Source of the DNA: a virus
Lineage: Duplodnaviria; Caudoviricetes
DNA: 29,263 nucleotides
Virus record (IMG/VR): IMGVR_UViG_3300027804_000173
Location: 1 to 29,263 of that record
Reading direction: 5' to 3' (one strand)
The translations under genes were made by a program, and so were the position numbers. Positions 23,885-29,263 of this stretch are shown one piece after another (the stretch's first letter is position 1; each line of letters starts with the position of its first letter). The notes under the pieces were generated by a model, which was not told the origin of the DNA, made no database searches, and was given only the letters and a program-made list of their open reading frames with translations.

Positions 23885-24202
23885 TTATGCTTCTGCTAAC
23901 TCTTTAATAGATTGAAGTTCACTGTCATTCTCAACTACAGGCTTTATTATAGCTTGTTTAGATGTTTTAGGCAAGTGTTTCTTACCTATAACTGACATAA
24001 TTTCGTCTTTATATTTTTCAAAATGACCAGATTTAAGTAGGTAATTGCATGCATCTAATTTAGACATAGGCATAGGTAATTCCATAAGTTCAATGTCTGT
24101 ATCTCCTTGCTTATGTAAATTTTTAATACGTAACACAGCATCAGAACAGAATCGTAATTTTACTTTACCTTTACATACCGAAACACCTGCCACCGTAATC
24201 AT
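23885..24202 (-). CDS. hypothetical protein
   Basis: 105 aa ORF with AGGAG SD; VAGVS...G..KLRF and I.L.ELP.PMSK motifs. Confidence 0.75.
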   Translation of the reverse strand: MITVAGVSVCKGKVKLRFCSDAVLRIKNLHKQGDTDIELMELPMPMSKLDACNYLLKSGHFEKYKDEIMSVIGKKHLPKTSKQAIIKPVVENDSELQSIKELAEA

Positions 24203-24203
24203 T

Positions 24204-24461
24204 CTATACTCCTAAACCTTGTCCGGCCATCAAATAATTACTTACTTTAGTTAACATATCGTTCTTTGAACGCGAGGTTTCAAGTAAAATATGAAACTTA
24301 TCCTTTGTAGTACGCTTACCAGAAGAAGCTTCAATTAAATCTCTGCATAAGTTGCGAAACTCTTCGATAGGATGGGTCTTAAAAGCTTCAAATAGCATGG
24401 TAAGTGCCTCGTCACCTAATTGATCATTTTTAACTCGAGGTTTTGAGCTTGCCTGTGTCAT
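24204..24461 (-). CDS. hypothetical protein (probable early gene)
   Basis: 85 aa ORF with AGGAG SD, directly downstream of a sigma70-like promoter. Confidence 0.75.
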   Translation of the reverse strand: MTQASSKPRVKNDQLGDEALTMLFEAFKTHPIEEFRNLCRDLIEASSGKRTTKDKFHILLETSRSKNDMLTKVSNYLMAGQGLGV

Positions 24462-24483
24462 GTGTATCTCCTATTGATAAAGT

Positions 24484-24519
24484 ATTATATACAATCTTAG
24501 GAAAATAATCAACGGTTAC
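24484..24519 (-). promoter_or_regulatory. sigma70-like promoter with GTAACCGT-N9-TCCTAA motif
   Basis: GTAACCG-TTGATT-17 nt-TATAAT. Confidence 0.7.
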
Positions 24520-24677
24520 TTTTCTTCTAACTTGCGAATATCTTCCATAGTAATCATGCGCTTGTGCAAAAGTAGCTCAATGATATCCGCAACGCCCTTT
24601 AATTTTCCGGCGTTATAACATACCCAGCATGTAAATAGTAAAAGTACTATTTCTGTAACATTTAACCAACTTGGCAT
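24516..24677 (-). CDS. small membrane-anchored hypothetical protein (53 aa)
   Basis: Manual translation MPSWLNVTEIVLLLFTCWVCYNAGKLKGVADIIELLLHKRMITMEDIRKLEEK*. Abuts the upstream stop; GGAG SD. Confidence 0.7.
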   Translation of the reverse strand: MPSWLNVTEIVLLLFTCWVCYNAGKLKGVADIIELLLHKRMITMEDIRKLEEK

Positions 24678-25304
24678 TTAAGCTCCTAACCATTTATATG
24701 TTTTTCGAATCAACCTGGGTTGAATAAGTTTCCAGTCTCTCTTACCAAAGGTTTGACGGTAATATTGATAAGACCAAAGATTGGCAAAACGGTTAGCATA
24801 CTTTAATACATGGTATGGGTTGCGTTTAGGGTAAAAAAATTTTATTTCCATAGCAATATCGTGGGCATAGGCTTCTATTTCGTCTGGATCAGATAAGTAA
24901 ATTTTTTGTTTAAAATTACCCTGACTAAACCTAAATCTGCTCGAATATCTTGCATTTGTATTATAGGTTCTGAAAGCCCATTGACACTGATGAATAACTT
25001 CGTGTTGACATGTTTGGGATATAGCAAACTTAAATCGTTTCCAAAAATTACGCTTAATAGTAAACTCTTTAAAATGTTTAGAAAAAATAATAGTTATAAT
25101 CTTTTTGTTTTTTTCAACATCATATAAACCAGAAACTGCCAGGTCATTCTTACCCATGAAAGTATTGCGTTTAAAATTAAATACAAAGCCTTCTGTCTTT
25201 AAAGATTGATTTAACTGACCAATTATAAAATTATAAGAATGAGTGCCTATTAAGATAGGCTTAATTTGTTCTAAGCTCTCATCTAACCATACATTTAAGT
25301 ACAT
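24678..25304 (-). CDS. HExxH (zincin-like) putative metallopeptidase
   Basis: CQHEVIHQCQ followed by YLSDPDEIEAYA (candidate third ligand Glu). Confidence 0.6.
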   Translation of the reverse strand: MYLNVWLDESLEQIKPILIGTHSYNFIIGQLNQSLKTEGFVFNFKRNTFMGKNDLAVSGLYDVEKNKKIITIIFSKHFKEFTIKRNFWKRFKFAISQTCQHEVIHQCQWAFRTYNTNARYSSRFRFSQGNFKQKIYLSDPDEIEAYAHDIAMEIKFFYPKRNPYHVLKYANRFANLWSYQYYRQTFGKRDWKLIQPRLIRKTYKWLGA

Positions 25305-25305
25305 A

Positions 25306-26688
25306 TTAAATTTTTATCGAGCTATAATCTTTAGGTTTAAACACCGTACTCATATCGAAAAGAGTAGAGGCATTCTCTTGACCAGAATCATCCAGGTCAA
25401 CTTGTGCGTTAAGTTCTAAATCGTATAAACGCATCTTTTTTCGATCAACACCTATCATAAACCGCTTATTAGAAGACGGGTCGTTATACCTATTTTTTAA
25501 CTGCTTTACCATCAGCTGATTTAACTGTTCGAGTTCTTCTGTACTTATTAGCGCAAACATAAAGTCTGCTGTTGCCGGTAATCCGAATGATTCAGAAGTA
25601 TCAGTCAGCTCCACATCGGTGTTAGAGTAACCTGAACGCGTCGTTTGTGTCGCTGATACGATCGGTACATTAAATTCTACAGCAAGACCTCGCAACTCTT
25701 CAGCTATGGCCTTAACATATGTATAAGAGTTTACACTTCCACCGGGCTTAAATCTTGAAGAAGAACAAATATTAAGATAATCAATAAATATAATTTCTGG
25801 TTTAAACGATTTTTTAAGATGCAACTCGTTTAATAGTGATTTAAAATGACCTACGTGAGCAGAGGCAGTTGGATATTCTTTTATTACTAACTGCCCCGTG
25901 GCTTTTTGTTTGAGTTTAGTAAGACGATTATCAAACAATTGCTTAGGTAGATCCTTTATTTGATCAATATCTACATTTAATAAATTAGCATCAATACGCT
26001 CGGCAATTCTCTCCTCTGCCATTTCCAAAGTAATGTATAGAACATTTTTACCTTGGGTTAAAGCACCGGCTGCAACATGACACATAAACAGCGATTTACC
26101 TACCCCGGTACCTGCTAATGCAATATTAAGCGTCTTATTAGGCAAACCACCCTGGGTAATTTTATTGAATAAATCAATATCAAAAGGTATTTTAGATTCC
26201 ACTCGATGGTAGAAATCATAACGGTCGTCTGAGTTATCAAAGTAATCATGTCCTACTGAGCGATCAAAACAAACTCCCAATGCTTCCTGTAATAAGGATG
26301 GTATTCCATCTTTAGTAACTTGTTTATCACGACCTTCCATAATACCGATAGAGCGAATAATAGCATTATAGACAGCTTTATCTTTACAAAACTTCTCCGT
26401 TTCATCCGTCAACCATTGTAGATCGGAATTCTCAGTTGGTTCTAGCTTACTTACCAGTTGTACAACGTCTTGAAATAACCCTTCTGGAAGAGAAGTGTTT
26501 TCTAAAGAAATAGACAGGGCTTCAAGAGTGGGTGGTTTATTATACTTAGATATAAACTGCTGGGTATGTTGAAATACTACCTTCTCACTTTCCTCTAAAA
26601 AATATTCCGCTTTTACAAACGGAAGTACCTTACGCATGTACTCTTCACGGTGTATCAGGTTTTTGAGTATCGCTATTTCTAGTCTCAT
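25306..26688 (-). CDS. 41: replicative DNA helicase (T4 gp41-like, DnaB family)
   Basis: Walker A AGTGVGKS, TLEMAEE, IDYLNI, ATQTTR, SESFGLPATAD and KQLKNRY. Confidence 0.96.
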   Translation of the reverse strand: MRLEIAILKNLIHREEYMRKVLPFVKAEYFLEESEKVVFQHTQQFISKYNKPPTLEALSISLENTSLPEGLFQDVVQLVSKLEPTENSDLQWLTDETEKFCKDKAVYNAIIRSIGIMEGRDKQVTKDGIPSLLQEALGVCFDRSVGHDYFDNSDDRYDFYHRVESKIPFDIDLFNKITQGGLPNKTLNIALAGTGVGKSLFMCHVAAGALTQGKNVLYITLEMAEERIAERIDANLLNVDIDQIKDLPKQLFDNRLTKLKQKATGQLVIKEYPTASAHVGHFKSLLNELHLKKSFKPEIIFIDYLNICSSSRFKPGGSVNSYTYVKAIAEELRGLAVEFNVPIVSATQTTRSGYSNTDVELTDTSESFGLPATADFMFALISTEELEQLNQLMVKQLKNRYNDPSSNKRFMIGVDRKKMRLYDLELNAQVDLDDSGQENASTLFDMSTVFKPKDYSSIKI

Positions 26689-26950
26689 ATTCTTTAATAG
26701 CTTCGGTTAGAATATCGTTGATAATTTGATTTATTACTTCTTCAAATTCTGGGGTTTGTAATGATTCTGGTTTAAGATGCTCTGGTAAACGTACTGTATG
26801 ATAATCTAATGTACAATTACCAGTATCCTCATCCTTAAATTCCAGGTTTTCTATTTGAATACAAACCTCTTTAAACGGACCTTCAACAATCTCAAATCCC
26901 CAGTCCTTTTCCCCTACAAACCACGGTTGGAATAATTTATTTCTTAGCAT
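26645..26950 (-). CDS. small acidic protein at the gp40 (head vertex chaperone) position
   Basis: 101 aa ORF between uvsX and 41, the position of gene 40 in T4. Assignment is by synteny only. Confidence 0.5.
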   Translation of the reverse strand: MLRNKLFQPWFVGEKDWGFEIVEGPFKEVCIQIENLEFKDEDTGNCTLDYHTVRLPEHLKPESLQTPEFEEVINQIINDILTEAIKEYETRNSDTQKPDTP

Positions 26951-28011
26951 TATACACCTAGCTTATCATATTCAGAATCTAAATCCTCATCCGTTAGATC
27001 GTCACTACCCATTAACGAACCGCTTGACATTCTATAGGTCTTTTCAATATATTCTTGAAAGTCTTTAGAAGCAAGGATAGGCATCCAAAATTCTTTGGTA
27101 TAAGTATCCTTCATTCTATACTTGTGTTCTTCACCTTTTCTACAATACCACCCATTAGAAGGCTTGACAACAAACCCTCCCTCCAAGGCTACATCTAATA
27201 GCCCAGACCACTTACTAATACCCCCCTCATAGGTTACCTCCACAGGTATTTTAGACTTTTCTCGTACATAGCGAGACTTTTCAACATTAATAATAAAGTT
27301 ATACCCAACAATCTCACTACCTTCTTTTTCCTGTTGACGACCGATAATGTAAATATTATCTGCTGAATAGTATACCCCTGTACCACCAGAAACAATAGCT
27401 TTCGGGAACATACCTATTTCCATGTAGGTATGATTAACCACGATCATAGGAAGATTTTTAAGTGTCAGGTGCGGGGTAACCATTCTAAAAAACGATTTTA
27501 ACTGCTTAGCTCGAGACATATCAGCTACCGATTTACCATCAATAGCATCTTCTACTTCTTTTCTACTAGCTAGATTGCCTACACTATCCACGATAATAAT
27601 GATACGATCCCCGCGCTCAATATTATTAAGCTGGGCCATAGCATCGTGTTTAAGTTGCTCGATGTCTGTAATCGGTGTGTGTATAACCCGGCTAGTATCA
27701 ATACCAAAGCTATCAAAGTAAGACTGAGGTGAACCAAACTCAGAATCATAGAAAAGGATAGCTGCATCATTATACTTCTCCAGATAACTTTTTGCTAACA
27801 TTAGCGCAAATGCAGTCTTGAAATGCTTAGAAGGTCCTGCAAATACAGTAAGCCCTGGAGATAGACCACCATCTAATCTACCTGATAACGCTACATTTAG
27901 CATAGGTACTGAGGTAGAAATAAGATCTTTATTTTTAAATAACTTAGATTCCGACAGCAGGTCGGTTTCTTTTATAGTTGTATTCTTTTTTAGTTTATCT
28001 AGCACATTCAT
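26950..28011 (-). CDS. uvsX: UvsX RecA-like recombinase
   Basis: LNVALSG, Walker A AGPSKHFKT, YDSEFG, DSVGNLAS and KSVADMSRAK. Confidence 0.96.
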   Translation of the reverse strand: MNVLDKLKKNTTIKETDLLSESKLFKNKDLISTSVPMLNVALSGRLDGGLSPGLTVFAGPSKHFKTAFALMLAKSYLEKYNDAAILFYDSEFGSPQSYFDSFGIDTSRVIHTPITDIEQLKHDAMAQLNNIERGDRIIIIVDSVGNLASRKEVEDAIDGKSVADMSRAKQLKSFFRMVTPHLTLKNLPMIVVNHTYMEIGMFPKAIVSGGTGVYYSADNIYIIGRQQEKEGSEIVGYNFIINVEKSRYVREKSKIPVEVTYEGGISKWSGLLDVALEGGFVVKPSNGWYCRKGEEHKYRMKDTYTKEFWMPILASKDFQEYIEKTYRMSSGSLMGSDDLTDEDLDSEYDKLGV

Positions 28012-28038
28012 ATTTCACTCCTTTTAATCATTATATAA

Positions 28039-29263
28039 TCAACCAAATAGACCTTCCAGAGAAGCTTGCTCTTTGACTTTCCAACCAATACAACTTAGAA
28101 GTGAGTTTAGCGGTTCTAGAAAAGATTTTTCAAACATAGTTTCATAATCTACATACTCACGTAATTTAAACTCTGGAGGTAGTTGACCGGAGAAAGTAAT
28201 TACATGAGTACCTAATGGGTTGGGTTCTTTTAAATATAAAAATTTGATCTTATCACCTTCTTGAATTTTTTGATACTTTTTATTTAGATCCTTAGCATCT
28301 AGAAGATGGTTATAAATTAAAGCACCGCGTACATGTATAGGGGTACCTTTTCTGAAAATAGAATTAGGGTCACTATACTCCTTCACACCATTTACACCAC
28401 GTGGGAAAGCAATATCTTCAGGGTCTAACATAGACCATTTCTTTTCAATGTCAGCAACATAACCACGAAGTTGATCTTCGTCTGATCTCAGCGCTAGACT
28501 TACGGCTTCCTTGAGTGCTTTTCTAACCGGAGCAGGTGTAGATGATCTTACAATTTCCATCCCTAACACCTTTAGTTTTGGCTCTTCGTAACTAACCCCC
28601 TCAGAGTTGTATACGTTGACTGCATACCGTTTTTTAGCAATCCATATACCGCGGTCGGCGATAATCTCTCGCTTGAACTTAATTTTTTTCTGGTATGTGT
28701 TAAGATACTGATTAAGATCTTCACAAGCATTATTAATAGTAGGCTCAATTTTTTGAGCACAGTACTTATCCAGTACATCCACCACTTCAGTCTTAATCTG
28801 TCTTGGTACATATTTGCTAACATAATTACCAAGAGTAATATAGGTGGAGTCAGTATCACTATAAAAAGAGTAGTCGATTCCATGAGTGTTACATTCTTCG
28901 TTAATAAAATCGGTTAGTCGTTTAGCCACAGTTCTAATAATAAGCTGCCCGGTCATAGTAATACCTTCAGCTACTCGGATATCATAGTAGCGAAAATAAA
29001 CATTACCCATCGCACCATAAAGTGAATTCATTAGAATCTTAGCAGACATCTGTCTTGAATTTAAACTCGCAATTTCATTAAGATATACTGGGTCTTTTGT
29101 CTCCTCATATTTGGTTTGAGCTGATAACATTTTCTTCTTAGCCTGCTGGCGAACATCAAAGTAATATTCAATAAGTTCTGGAAAAATACCCTTACGATCT
29201 TTTCGAAAACACTGACCGTTAGCCGTCATCGTTAAACCTTCATCATGTAAGCTCGTAGTATCA
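28039..29263 (-). CDS. 43: family B DNA polymerase (T4 gp43-like), C-terminal part; gene extends beyond the right edge
   Basis: KILMNSLYG (motif B), YSDTDS (motif C) and KKRYA. The frame stays open upstream of the Met at 29229 to the window end. Confidence 0.96.
   Translation of the reverse strand, partial: DTTSLHDEGLTMTANGQCFRKDRKGIFPELIEYYFDVRQQAKKKMLSAQTKYEETKDPVYLNEIASLNSRQMSAKILMNSLYGAMGNVYFRYYDIRVAEGITMTGQLIIRTVAKRLTDFINEECNTHGIDYSFYSDTDSTYITLGNYVSKYVPRQIKTEVVDVLDKYCAQKIEPTINNACEDLNQYLNTYQKKIKFKREIIADRGIWIAKKRYAVNVYNSEGVSYEEPKLKVLGMEIVRSSTPAPVRKALKEAVSLALRSDEDQLRGYVADIEKKWSMLDPEDIAFPRGVNGVKEYSDPNSIFRKGTPIHVRGALIYNHLLDAKDLNKKYQKIQEGDKIKFLYLKEPNPLGTHVITFSGQLPPEFKLREYVDYETMFEKSFLEPLNSLLSCIGWKVKEQASLEGLFG

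Noticed and set aside
1584-28883. Remaining + strand ORFs and short alternative-frame - strand ORFs in the track
   Set aside because: All overlap well-supported - strand genes, mostly lying wholly inside them, and show no recognisable motifs or SDs.
28039-29229. Possible split DNA polymerase (gp43B-like) because the track ORF starts at Met 29229
   Set aside because: The frame is open from 29229 to the window end with no stop, so this is most simply truncation by the window edge.
1-29263. Stop-codon reassignment, tRNA genes or a DNA-modification gene cluster
   Set aside because: Core genes translate full length in the standard code with TAA, TGA and TAG all used as stops. Intergenic gaps show no cloverleaf, and no hydroxymethylase, glycosyltransferase or queuosine-pathway genes were recognised.

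Overview
A 29.3 kb, AT-rich, densely coding segment of a T4-like myovirus genome. Essentially every credible gene is on the - strand. In transcription order (right to left) it holds: (1) replication core: gp43 DNA polymerase (cut by the window edge), UvsX, a gp40-position ORF and gp41 helicase; (2) small genes behind sigma70-type promoters, including an HExxH protein and a winged-HTH protein; (3) an ~11.4 kb probable late/virion block between two terminator-like hairpins, with a PD-(D/E)xK nuclease, a ligase-like KxDG nucleotidyltransferase, fibre-like proteins, an HxGH-type nucleotidyltransferase, Dps and several acidic/basic proteins with T4 capsid-targeting-like N-termini; (4) gp61 primase, ThyX, a spanin-like pair plus an extra lipoprotein, NrdA, a degenerate PRTase, NrdB, dCMP deaminase, a GIY-YIG nuclease, RNase H, DsbA, a DenV-like glycosylase, and the 5' part of an IscU Fe-S scaffold gene at the left edge. 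Spanin-type lipoproteins and a proteobacterial-type IscU suggest a Gram-negative, probably proteobacterial, host (inference). No tRNA, rRNA, CRISPR array, intron or intein was seen. The best candidate for an unexplored system is a set of enzymes (ligase-like and HxGH nucleotidyltransferases) that appear tagged for packaging into the capsid. All family calls are by-eye motif recognition, not database searches.
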